DNA from: a virus
Taxonomy: Duplodnaviria > Caudoviricetes
Strand: one strand, 5' to 3'
DNA: 26,483 nucleotides
IMG/VR virus record: IMGVR_UViG_3300020411_000897
Location: 1-26,483 of that record
Positions 15,488 to 24,495 of this stretch are shown piece by piece; position 1 is the stretch's first letter; each line of letters starts with the position of its first letter. The notes below the pieces were generated by a model. The model was not told the DNA's origin. It searched no databases and worked only from the letters and a program-made list of their open reading frames with translations. The position numbers and the translations under genes are program-made.

Positions 15488-16013
15488 TTTTATTTACATA
15501 TACGAAGTAGATAGGCATTTAGAGCATAAACAAAAGCTTTTAAAATATATTGAAAAATATATTTCAGAGAAAAAAGATAAAGCATATTCACCTGAGGGTT
15601 ATGCTTTTGATTATAAACAGGTACCTGGAGGGAAGCCAGAGTATCTAGAATATTTAAGAGATGTTGTTTGGCCATATATTAGTGATGTTGCTGATATATT
15701 TTATAGTTTTGCACCAAAGGTTCATGCTCCATGGTTTCAACAATATACTCAAAGTACAAGTCATGGATGGCACAATCATCCAGGGTCAGATTTTGCTTGT
15801 GTATACTTAGTAGAATGCCCTGACCCAAAAGAGGCTACAGAATTTTATGGTTATGGTAATTTTGGTGCAAAGGAGGGGAATATAATAATATTTCCTTCTT
15901 TCTTAATTCATAGATCACCGCCAATAAAAAGTAACCATAGAAAAACTATATTTGCTTTTAACTTTAGGACAGTTTATGACAAATCGAAAGACAAAATGCT
16001 TAACCATATTTGA
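15438..16013 (+). CDS. Putative 2OG-Fe(II) oxygenase
   Basis: Double-stranded beta-helix pattern W..Y..HGWHNH..CVY..EGNIIIFPSFLIH..R....FN. Confidence 0.8.
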   Translation: MNHNPIESNTSVANKPDFIYIYEVDRHLEHKQKLLKYIEKYISEKKDKAYSPEGYAFDYKQVPGGKPEYLEYLRDVVWPYISDVADIFYSFAPKVHAPWFQQYTQSTSHGWHNHPGSDFACVYLVECPDPKEATEFYGYGNFGAKEGNIIIFPSFLIHRSPPIKSNHRKTIFAFNFRTVYDKSKDKMLNHI

Positions 16014-16239
16014 ACTTTTAAATAAAAGGTATGAATATGAAACCTTAGTCTCTGCTCGTAAAGGATTTAATCTACCTAGTTTACACGGTGATCTTGATAG
16101 TTTAAAATACTTTATAAATAATGGCTATAAGAGCAATAGATTCCGAAAGAACTATAAAAAAGCTCTTGAATTAGCAAGAGAAATTGTTGAATCATATGAT
16201 GGATCTATGGCAAATATGGATTGCAGATTGGAGAGATAA
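15976..16239 (+). CDS. Hypothetical protein
   Basis: ATG at 15976 preceded by AGGA, in frame with track ORF 15952-16239. Confidence 0.65.
   Translation: MTNRKTKCLTIFELLNKRYEYETLVSARKGFNLPSLHGDLDSLKYFINNGYKSNRFRKNYKKALELAREIVESYDGSMANMDCRLER
16113..16120 (+). promoter_or_regulatory. Putative T4-type late promoter TATAAATA
   Basis: Exact consensus about 80 nt upstream of the first glycosyltransferase-like gene. Intragenic. Confidence 0.35.
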
Positions 16240-17017
16240 TCACGGCGTAGACACCATACGCTGGAAAACAACTGTAGGTATAGGAGATAGTTTATACGGT
16301 TTTAACATAGCCTATATGAGAGCATTTGTCAATCAAAAACCGACTAACTTAGAATTTCATTATCATTTCCCAAAAAATTATTATTATCATTATGAAGATC
16401 CAGAATCTGTTGATGCTAGGGCTAAGTATGCCCTTGATAGATATATGTGGAAGGATATTGTTAATGTTACACATGTTTATAATTCAACCGACTTCCAACT
16501 ATATAATAAAAAATATTATGGTGTAAAAAGAGTAAAAGAATCTGACCTATATAGATTTTGGTCTTTTGATCCTAGAATCGATACCACATCTATTAATAAT
16601 AAAATAGTATTATGGCGACCTACTTTTAATGGTGAACAGCAAATTAATGGACCTGGTAAATTTATATTATTAGGTCATGAATGGCAAAGATTAATAGATC
16701 GTTTAAAAGACTTTGGATTTGATGTAATTGAAATCGACTATAGAACACCTATAAGTGAAGTTTTTTATCATATAAGAACATGCGAATGTATTATAAGTTA
16801 TGAGGGTATGTGGCATTATGTAGCTAAAAATTTCTTTAAACCACATATTGTTATTAGTGATGCTGCTATAACAAAATGGCATACACCACATGCATTAAGA
16901 CTTAAAAACTTTTTTATAGACAGTGACTTGAAAAAAATACATTATTATATTAGATCAGCAGAAGAAAAAGCTTATAATTATAAACAACTATTTTTAAAAT
17001 TTATAAATGGCTGGTAA
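16196..17017 (+). CDS. Putative GT-B glycosyltransferase (GT9-like)
   Basis: N-terminal GIGD and C-terminal W..LI..L, CECIISYEGMWHYVA..KPHIVI, resembling the heptosyltransferase C-terminal motif. Confidence 0.55.
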   Translation: MMDLWQIWIADWRDNHGVDTIRWKTTVGIGDSLYGFNIAYMRAFVNQKPTNLEFHYHFPKNYYYHYEDPESVDARAKYALDRYMWKDIVNVTHVYNSTDFQLYNKKYYGVKRVKESDLYRFWSFDPRIDTTSINNKIVLWRPTFNGEQQINGPGKFILLGHEWQRLIDRLKDFGFDVIEIDYRTPISEVFYHIRTCECIISYEGMWHYVAKNFFKPHIVISDAAITKWHTPHALRLKNFFIDSDLKKIHYYIRSAEEKAYNYKQLFLKFINGW

Positions 17018-17977
17018 ATGCAAATAGACAGAGCAGTAATAGAAATTAATGGTGGGTGCAATTATACATGTAAGATGTGTCCTCAAACTACTCCTGAAGG
17101 TAAAACAGGAGCGAGAGGTAAACATTGGACTGGTAGAATGTCATTATTTGAATTTGAAAGATATGTTGCAGAGTGTGCTGAATACGGATTAAATGTTGTT
17201 AATTTAGATGGATCTGGTGAAGCTACTGTTTTACCTAATCTACCTGAATATATTTCAATAGTCAAAAAATATAATGCTAAAGCGGTTATATTCTCTAATG
17301 GTATGAGAATGTTCGGATCATTTATGGAAGAATGTGTAGATGCTGGTTTAGATTTTTTCAGATTTAGTATAATAGGATATGACTATGATACTTATAGTAA
17401 ATGGATGAACAGTAAACATTTTTATAGAGTAATTAGTAATCTACATGAAATGAAAAGATATGTAGTTAAAAATAAATCAGATTGTGTAGTAGCAACTTAT
17501 CATTTAATATTAGATAATAACAACATAGATTACGAAGTAGAAAGATATAAACGAATAGTTGATTCATCTAGAGCTGTAACAGAAATATGGAAGATGCATA
17601 ACTGGAGCGGAGTATATGACCCAGAATACGATCGTAAAGGAAATAAAAAAACTTGTGGAAGACCTTTCTCTCCTGACCTTGTTATTAGAGCTGGTGGTTT
17701 GCATGGCTCCACTGGCGCTATTCATCCTTGCTGTCAAGTATTGGGACGTGATGATGAAGCTGTTTTAGGTCATGGTTCTGAAAATACTTTAAAGGAAATA
17801 TGGTATGGAGATAAATATACACAATTAAGAAATCAACATAAATCTGGAGAATTCCCTAGTTTTTGTGTTGATTGCGATTTTTTAGTTGACGATCCTGAAG
17901 TTTTAGTGTATACTAATCATGATCGAAAAAACTATAAAATGTATGGAACAAAATTTAGTCTGGAAGATTATAGATGA
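17018..17977 (+). CDS. Radical SAM protein with SPASM/twitch domain
   Basis: CNYTCKMC, GSGEA and SNG, followed by CGRPF..HPCC..LG..LKEIW..CVDC. Confidence 0.92.
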   Translation: MQIDRAVIEINGGCNYTCKMCPQTTPEGKTGARGKHWTGRMSLFEFERYVAECAEYGLNVVNLDGSGEATVLPNLPEYISIVKKYNAKAVIFSNGMRMFGSFMEECVDAGLDFFRFSIIGYDYDTYSKWMNSKHFYRVISNLHEMKRYVVKNKSDCVVATYHLILDNNNIDYEVERYKRIVDSSRAVTEIWKMHNWSGVYDPEYDRKGNKKTCGRPFSPDLVIRAGGLHGSTGAIHPCCQVLGRDDEAVLGHGSENTLKEIWYGDKYTQLRNQHKSGEFPSFCVDCDFLVDDPEVLVYTNHDRKNYKMYGTKFSLEDYR

Positions 17978-18654
17978 GTCAGAATCTAATTATAAACAGA
18001 GACGATAAGCCTCAACTTGATAAAGATATTCCGCTATACTATGTTTTTCACCCTGAAAATGATATAGAAGATTATCCTGGTACAATAGATAGTATTCGGG
18101 CTCAGGGATTTTTTAATATAAAAGAAATACCACATGTTGTAAGGCAAGAAATAGAAGCAAAGAGATATGATTTTGAACCTTATGTAAACGATACTGGAGT
18201 TTTTAAAGATCCTGATAGATTTATAACAGAGTGGTATACATTTATTAGTATTTTAAAAAAGATCAGAGCAAGTAAAAAAGATAGCATCATTACTAAATTA
18301 GGCTCTAAGCCAAATAGAGGTGAAATACGTACAATTCCATCACCTGTAGATTTGATAAAAAAGAAGTTTTGGATTATTGGATTTGACAGAGTGTGGAGAG
18401 AACCTGCTGCCACCGTTGGACTTTATATACAACATCGAATTGCTAATCAATGGGTAGCAGAATTATGTCCAAAAGAAAAACCAGATCATAAACCATTTGA
18501 TAGGCCTGTTGACAAATGGGTACAATTAAAATGGTATGAATATATTGAAGATGAATTAGGGGATATAAGTATGCAACGTAGGCTTCGTACTGGATTTAGA
18601 TCTAATTTTTTTATGTTTAAGTATCGCCGTGAAGACTCCAAAGAAATATCCTAA
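17974..18654 (+). CDS. Hypothetical protein, possibly a degenerate GT25-like paralog
   Basis: Weak by-eye similarity to the 18629 protein, without its SH and EHD motifs. Confidence 0.5.
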   Translation: MSQNLIINRDDKPQLDKDIPLYYVFHPENDIEDYPGTIDSIRAQGFFNIKEIPHVVRQEIEAKRYDFEPYVNDTGVFKDPDRFITEWYTFISILKKIRASKKDSIITKLGSKPNRGEIRTIPSPVDLIKKKFWIIGFDRVWREPAATVGLYIQHRIANQWVAELCPKEKPDHKPFDRPVDKWVQLKWYEYIEDELGDISMQRRLRTGFRSNFFMFKYRREDSKEIS

Positions 18655-19273
18655 AATTTATATGATAGTGATGAAAGATCATCCTATCTCCCAAATGTAT
18701 CAAAAATTGGTAATGCCTTCGTGGGAAGGTTATAAAGTTTATCTTTTTAATGCCACTACACCTAAAGATTTAATATATGAAAAGAAATTAGAATTCGGAT
18801 TGAAACAAAGACAAAGACCATTTACTGATACTGAAAAGGCAGTGTGGTATAGTCATTTTAAATTATGGGTTAAATGTTTAAATCAAGGACCGTTAATAGT
18901 TTTAGAACATGATTCTAAATTAAAAAAACCTTTACCAGATATGTCTAAAGAAGGATATAAATTTTTATCATATATGGATAGAGATTTTGGTACAACTGGT
19001 AATCATATAAGTGTTGGATCAGGATATTATATAACACCTAGTGCAGCTGAAAGATTAATATCATATGCTGTAAGTAACCCCATAAACGTTAATAGTGATG
19101 GTCATATAGCTAATATACTTAACTATAAGAAACAAAAAGCTATGAATGATTATTGGTATATTGAACAGATTAATATTGATGGTCTAAATACTATAGACCA
19201 TAAAAATAAATATAGAAATTTTATTGGACAAGATTATGAAAAACTTGATTTATCAATACTACCTTCCATATGA
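18629..19273 (+). CDS. Glycosyltransferase family 25-like
   Basis: Motifs WYSHFKLW, IVLEHD, GYYITPSAAERL and NSD. Confidence 0.75.
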   Translation: MKTPKKYPKIYMIVMKDHPISQMYQKLVMPSWEGYKVYLFNATTPKDLIYEKKLEFGLKQRQRPFTDTEKAVWYSHFKLWVKCLNQGPLIVLEHDSKLKKPLPDMSKEGYKFLSYMDRDFGTTGNHISVGSGYYITPSAAERLISYAVSNPINVNSDGHIANILNYKKQKAMNDYWYIEQINIDGLNTIDHKNKYRNFIGQDYEKLDLSILPSI

Positions 19274-20006
19274 AGCCTTTGATGCAGATATAGGTGGTAT
19301 AGAAATGCCTGAATGGGCCCATTCAGGATCTAGATCTTGCCAAGCCTATGCTAAGCACTGTAATGCAGAATATGAATTAAATCATACTAGATATTTCGAA
19401 CATTTAGATCCTAGATTAGATTCCCTTAGAGTTATATACGATCCATACTTTGATCAATTCGACAAAGTTCTTAGTATTGATTTAGATATGCTTATTGCTA
19501 CTAGAGACAATATATTTGATCTTGATATAGAAGATGTAGCTATGGTTCATGAATTAGGATTGCATACTTCTACATCTGGTGGTTGGTTACGTAAAGTAAT
19601 GGACTCTAAATTATCACAAAGAGGAATTATAGCTTATGGTAAACATTTATTTGGACCAGGCTGGATGTTTCCTCGATCTAAATTATATCCAAAAGAAAGA
19701 TTTAGATATCTAAATGGTGGATTACAATTATGGTCTAAAGTAGGTAGATTAAAAGCTAGAGAGCATTTTAAATCAGTAGATAATTATGTTTTACATACAA
19801 GATATACAGAACAGATGTATATCAATCTTCAACTATCTCAACCGATATTTAAAGTCACAGAATTAGATACTTCATGGAATAGGAACTCGGCATACCAATG
19901 GAAAGATACTCCAGATGGTAAAATAAATCATTTCCTAGCCAGAGCTAAATTTACTATGCCTAAATTAGAGCAAATATATCATCATCTACTTCAGCCAAGG
20001 GAATAA
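19236..20006 (+). CDS. GT-A glycosyltransferase (GT8/GT34-like)
   Basis: Motifs MKNLIYQY, YA..C.AEY, FDKVLSIDLD (DxD), NGG, EQ..IN, WN and HF. Start set to ATG 19236. Confidence 0.75.
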   Translation: MKNLIYQYYLPYEAFDADIGGIEMPEWAHSGSRSCQAYAKHCNAEYELNHTRYFEHLDPRLDSLRVIYDPYFDQFDKVLSIDLDMLIATRDNIFDLDIEDVAMVHELGLHTSTSGGWLRKVMDSKLSQRGIIAYGKHLFGPGWMFPRSKLYPKERFRYLNGGLQLWSKVGRLKAREHFKSVDNYVLHTRYTEQMYINLQLSQPIFKVTELDTSWNRNSAYQWKDTPDGKINHFLARAKFTMPKLEQIYHHLLQPRE

Positions 20007-20009
20007 TAT

Positions 20010-20612
20010 ATGGCAAGATACTTAGAAATAGCTGCGAAAAATAAAAGAGGATTAAATTGGGATGCGGTAAGAGATGAACCTCATCCGGGAGTTATGGTAT
20101 ATGATATGACTAAACTTCCTATGAAAGGTATTGCTGATAACACTTATAATGGTGTATATAATGAACATTTTATAGAACATCTTACTAAAGAAGAAGGTAT
20201 TAATTTCTTAAAAGAAATGTTGCGTATTATGCAACCTGGTGGTATAATAAGAACAGTATGGCCTCCAATGGATTTTGTAGATTATCTTAGAACTGACGAA
20301 GACTTAACTAATCATAAATTTGTTCAAGCCTATTATAATTTTTATGTTGTTAGACATAACTTTGCACCACCAGGTAATGAAGACAAATCTTTACAAGAAC
20401 AATGTGCTCTAGGATTATTATATCAAAATGGAGAACATAAACATTTATGGTACAAACAAGAATTAATGGATCAATTAAAGGAGATAGGTTATTATGGAAT
20501 TAGAAGTATGGCATATGGTGCTAGTATTGTTCCTGAGTTCCGTAATATTGATACTCCGGGGGAAATAAGAATGTTACATTCTGCTGTAGTTGAAGCTATG
20601 AAACCATGGTAA
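20010..20612 (+). CDS. SAM-dependent methyltransferase (type 11-like)
   Basis: Motifs EHFIEHL, FLKEMLRIMQPGGIIR..WP and HKHLW. Confidence 0.8.
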   Translation: MARYLEIAAKNKRGLNWDAVRDEPHPGVMVYDMTKLPMKGIADNTYNGVYNEHFIEHLTKEEGINFLKEMLRIMQPGGIIRTVWPPMDFVDYLRTDEDLTNHKFVQAYYNFYVVRHNFAPPGNEDKSLQEQCALGLLYQNGEHKHLWYKQELMDQLKEIGYYGIRSMAYGASIVPEFRNIDTPGEIRMLHSAVVEAMKPW

Positions 20613-21076
20613 GTATTATAGTTGATTATTATAATGATAATCAGAAATTTGATTATTTCTGGTCACCTTTAATTCATAAACATCATGAAACTGAATTTAT
20701 ATTTGTAGATAATGAATCCTCGATTCCTTTAAAAGAAATAAGTCCAAAATTAGCTAATTTAAAAATATTTAATATACCTCATAATAAAAATAATAAAGTA
20801 GTACAAATCTTTGGAGCAAGACAAGCATCAAATAATTTAATATTCATTACAACAATTAATTATATACCAACATATCAAACTATGATATTACTACAAGGAT
20901 TAAACGATAATACTATACTTTTACCGCATATACATAATACTAACAATGTAAGTAGTTCTTTTTCTGCACAGAAAACAAATTTCTTAAAAAGTTTAACTAT
21001 TCAAAGTTATATTAAGACATATAAACCTACTATTTACTCTAAGTGCGGTGTATATGATATAACTAAGGAGACTTAA
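20606..21076 (+). CDS. Short divergent GT2-like protein
   Basis: VSIIVDYYN..EFIFVDNES..GARQA resembles a GT2 N-terminus. The DxD motif is absent and the gene is very AT-rich. Confidence 0.5.
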   Translation: MVSIIVDYYNDNQKFDYFWSPLIHKHHETEFIFVDNESSIPLKEISPKLANLKIFNIPHNKNNKVVQIFGARQASNNLIFITTINYIPTYQTMILLQGLNDNTILLPHIHNTNNVSSSFSAQKTNFLKSLTIQSYIKTYKPTIYSKCGVYDITKET

Positions 21077-22023
21077 TGAAAGTATTAATTACCGGCATGG
21101 CAGGATTTATTGGCATGCACACAGCCATAAAATTTAAAGAATTGGGATATAATGTTTCCGGATTAGATAATTTTAATCCATACTATGACCCTAGTTTAAA
21201 ACGTGCCCGCGCTCAAAATTTATTAAAAAATCATAATATTCTAACTACTGAAGTAGATATAAAAAATAAAAAGCTTTTAGAGCATTTTATATTTGGAGCT
21301 CGACCTGATATAGTTATTCATTTAGCCGCTATGGCAGGTGTTAGATATTCCATGGATAACCCACAAGAATATATTGATAATAATGTAACAGGAACATTAA
21401 ATCTTATACATGCCTGTGAAGAAACTGGAGTTAATAGAGTAGTATATGCTTCTACTTCTTGCACTATGCATGGTAATCCTTTACCTTGGAATGAGCAAGA
21501 TAAATTAGGACATCAATTAAGTCCTTACGGATATACTAAACAATTAAATGAACATATGTTTCATATATCTAAAATACCAAATACTACTGGTTTAAGATTC
21601 TTTACTGTTTATGGACCATGGGGAAGACCGGATATGGCTCTCTTTACTTTTACAAATAATATATTAAAGAATGAACCAATTGAAGTATTTAATAATGGTG
21701 ATATGAAAAGAGATTTTACATACGTGGATGATATAGTAGAAGGTATTGTTATAGCAAGTGATCATGAAGAAGGTAATAGAGAAATTTTTAATATTGGTAA
21801 TGGCACTCAAGTTCAACTTATGGATTTTATAAAAGAGATCGAAACTAATTTAGGTAAAGAATCTATAAAAGAATTTAAACCTAAGCATCCAGCAGATGCT
21901 AAAGAAACCTGGTCTGATTGCACTAAATTGAGAGAATTAGGATATGAAGCTAAAACTCCAGTAAGTGAAGGCGTCAAACAATTTATTCAGTGGTATAGAA
22001 ATTATTATGGGAGAAATATATGA
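21076..22023 (+). CDS. NAD-dependent nucleotide-sugar epimerase, UDP-glucuronate 4-epimerase-like
   Basis: Motifs GMAGFIG, HLAAMAGVRYS, YGYTK (YxxxK), RFFTVYGPWGRPDMA and RDFTYVDD. Confidence 0.92.
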   Translation: MKVLITGMAGFIGMHTAIKFKELGYNVSGLDNFNPYYDPSLKRARAQNLLKNHNILTTEVDIKNKKLLEHFIFGARPDIVIHLAAMAGVRYSMDNPQEYIDNNVTGTLNLIHACEETGVNRVVYASTSCTMHGNPLPWNEQDKLGHQLSPYGYTKQLNEHMFHISKIPNTTGLRFFTVYGPWGRPDMALFTFTNNILKNEPIEVFNNGDMKRDFTYVDDIVEGIVIASDHEEGNREIFNIGNGTQVQLMDFIKEIETNLGKESIKEFKPKHPADAKETWSDCTKLRELGYEAKTPVSEGVKQFIQWYRNYYGRNI

Positions 22024-22823
22024 AAACTATAATATATCAATACAGAGATGGTGAAGAAACAAGTGAAAGTGAATATAGTGTTCGATGCATGAAAGAATAT
22101 GCTGATAGAATAGGATCTGAATATCTATATGAACATAATCCTAAATTTGTAACTAATCTTGGTTCTTTTTCTTCTCATTATGGTTCTTTTAAACCAATTT
22201 ATACAGATATGTTTCATGAATATGATTATGTAATGTATGCAGATACTGATGTATTCCCAGTAGATGGATTAACAGAAAATATATTCGATCAATTTAAAGA
22301 TACTGATATAGAACTAGGAATCTGTGAAGAACATAATGCTCCAGAAGTAAGAACTAAACATACTATCGCTGGTATTAATAATGAACGTGATGAGGTATGG
22401 GTAAAGAGAATAGAAGATCTTTATAATGTTAAATTACCTAGAACCGAAAACAACTTACCTAAAGTTTATAATTCAGGAGTAGTTGTATATTCTAATTATG
22501 GTCTAAAGAAAGCAAAATATAAATTTCTTAAATTTGAATTATATCAGCAATTAATTGAAGGTACTGGTCTTCCGGCTTTCTATACATGTGATCAACCATA
22601 TTTACATGCGATGTTAGAAATAGCGAAGATGAAATGGATTACTATGGATTATAAATGGAATAGTTCAGTTCATTATCAACCCGGAACAAAAGAACCTAGG
22701 CCTGTTGTTGATTTAAGAGACAATGCTAACTTTGTTCATGTGCAATTAGCAGGAGCAAATAATTTTGATGTATCAAAAATAACTAAAGTAGTTAACTTAC
22801 CTGTGGAGGAATGGAATGAGTAA
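22020..22823 (+). CDS. GT-A glycosyltransferase (GT8/GT34-like)
   Basis: Motifs MKTIIYQY, YA..I.SEY, YDYVMYADTD, YNSGVV, DQPYL, KWN and FVH. Confidence 0.8.
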   Translation: MKTIIYQYRDGEETSESEYSVRCMKEYADRIGSEYLYEHNPKFVTNLGSFSSHYGSFKPIYTDMFHEYDYVMYADTDVFPVDGLTENIFDQFKDTDIELGICEEHNAPEVRTKHTIAGINNERDEVWVKRIEDLYNVKLPRTENNLPKVYNSGVVVYSNYGLKKAKYKFLKFELYQQLIEGTGLPAFYTCDQPYLHAMLEIAKMKWITMDYKWNSSVHYQPGTKEPRPVVDLRDNANFVHVQLAGANNFDVSKITKVVNLPVEEWNE

Positions 22824-23127
22824 TGATGATGAAATGGATAGTGATAGCTGGAGAAGATTACATAGATTATACTTATCTGATTATGATGAAGAAGATATAA
22901 AAAATGATGCTCATGATATATCTTATATTCATGAAGAAATTATAATTAAATTAGGAGAGTTGATAAAAGGCGGCGCTACTCCGATGCAAGTAGCGGGTGT
23001 ATGTCAAGCTATAGCTGCTCAATTATATAAAAAATATCTTTCCACAGAAGAATTCGTAGAACTAATTGATATGGTAATGGAATCCGCATTAGGAACAGAA
23101 GATAAAGATAATAGAGTTTTACATTAG
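22816..23127 (+). CDS. Acidic hypothetical protein
   Basis: 103-aa coupled ORF with a GGAGG RBS. No motif recognised. Confidence 0.7.
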   Translation: MSNDDEMDSDSWRRLHRLYLSDYDEEDIKNDAHDISYIHEEIIIKLGELIKGGATPMQVAGVCQAIAAQLYKKYLSTEEFVELIDMVMESALGTEDKDNRVLH

Positions 23128-23786
23128 TGAAAAATATAATTATACAACATTGGAATGGTCCTAGGAAGGATTGGGATTTAGCAGCTGAAAAGAGTATGCG
23201 AATGTATGCTGATAAATGTAATGCTGAATATAAATTTTTAACAAAAGATCCTTATCCTGGTTATCCTAATTTCTTCCAAAAGATTTATATTATAGATGAA
23301 ATATGGGATGAATATGATGACGTATTAATGTTAGATATCGATATGGTAGCTACAAAAAACTTTGATAATATATTTAATTATGAAGGGATTGGTCGTCTTC
23401 ATTATAAAGGAATGGCTTCCTTAAATGGTAGTAGAACAGGTTCTGAAAATCCAAAGATATATATTAAAGGCGCACCAATATTTTTTGGAAATTGTATTAA
23501 ACTTAATAAAGAAGAAAGAATAGCATTAAGACAGGATTTTGATCCTGCTTTCTTCTTACAACATAAAACTAATGCCAAGTATTCTTTAGTTGATGAAGCT
23601 GTATTATCATATCTTATTCATACAACTGGTGCTCTTAAAAATAAAAAAACATTAGAACTTCCTCATGATAGATTTTGTGATCTACCAGAAGAAGCCCATC
23701 CACAAGCATCATTACTTCATTTTTGTGGAGGTCGTAAGGATAACATTATTGCTTATGTGAAAAAGACCTACGGAGAAATATTTTGA
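23127..23786 (+). CDS. GT-A glycosyltransferase (GT8/GT34-like)
   Basis: GTG start. Motifs MKNIIIQH, YA..C.AEY, YDDVLMLDID, DE..L and HF.G. Confidence 0.75.
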   Translation: MKNIIIQHWNGPRKDWDLAAEKSMRMYADKCNAEYKFLTKDPYPGYPNFFQKIYIIDEIWDEYDDVLMLDIDMVATKNFDNIFNYEGIGRLHYKGMASLNGSRTGSENPKIYIKGAPIFFGNCIKLNKEERIALRQDFDPAFFLQHKTNAKYSLVDEAVLSYLIHTTGALKNKKTLELPHDRFCDLPEEAHPQASLLHFCGGRKDNIIAYVKKTYGEIF

Positions 23787-24475
23787 AAAATTTAATTATT
23801 CAACATTATGTTGTCGGGAAACCCGGACTTGATCCTAATCGAAAGTTTGAAGGTGAACTACCTATGCTTGTAAATGCAAGTAGTAGAAATGTTCAAGCAT
23901 ATGCTAAAAGATTTAATGCTGATTATAAAATGCTAGATGGAACTCCCTTTAGAAATAACTTATCATATAAATGCCAGAAATGCGCTATTATAAACGCCGA
24001 ATACGATGAGTATGATGTAGTAATAGCCTTAGATACAGATGTATTCTTTACTAAGAATTGTAATGAAAATATATTTTTAGAAAAAGGTATTGGGTATATG
24101 GGAGCAGTTCAAGAAAGACAAATACCAATGATCTCTCAACAATTTCTAGGAGCTGCATCTACACAAACATCTTTTTGGTCTGGTGCGGTTTATATAATGG
24201 ATAGAGCTTTAAGAAAAAAACTTAGAGGTATATTAGAATCAAGTCCCTCTATGGAAAACATTATGAAAAAATTTGATGTAGCTAATGTATGGGATGAAGG
24301 TATTTTCCATTCGTTATGCTTTCAAGCAGGTGTTGGAAAAGTATCTATAGATCAAAAATGGAACTATGATAACTACTTGCCTAATCCTGAAAAATGTAAT
24401 ATAATACATGTAAGGCATAAACCTAAAACTAGAGATGAAAATTATCTTGATCTAGTTGATAATGGAATCATATAA
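23783..24475 (+). CDS. GT-A glycosyltransferase (GT8/GT34-like)
   Basis: TTG start. Motifs MKNLIIQH, YA....ADY, YDVVIALDTD, DEG, KWN and IIH. Confidence 0.75.
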   Translation: MKNLIIQHYVVGKPGLDPNRKFEGELPMLVNASSRNVQAYAKRFNADYKMLDGTPFRNNLSYKCQKCAIINAEYDEYDVVIALDTDVFFTKNCNENIFLEKGIGYMGAVQERQIPMISQQFLGAASTQTSFWSGAVYIMDRALRKKLRGILESSPSMENIMKKFDVANVWDEGIFHSLCFQAGVGKVSIDQKWNYDNYLPNPEKCNIIHVRHKPKTRDENYLDLVDNGII

Positions 24476-24478
24476 ATA
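24471..24478 (+). promoter_or_regulatory. T4-type late promoter TATAAATA
   Basis: Exact consensus at a gene boundary, followed by an AAGGA RBS and ATG 24496. Confidence 0.65.
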
Positions 24479-24495
24479 TACAAAAAGGATTGTAA

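Noticed and set aside
343-18413. All minus-strand ORFs in the track
   Set aside because: They are antisense shadows of well-supported + strand genes and show no motifs.
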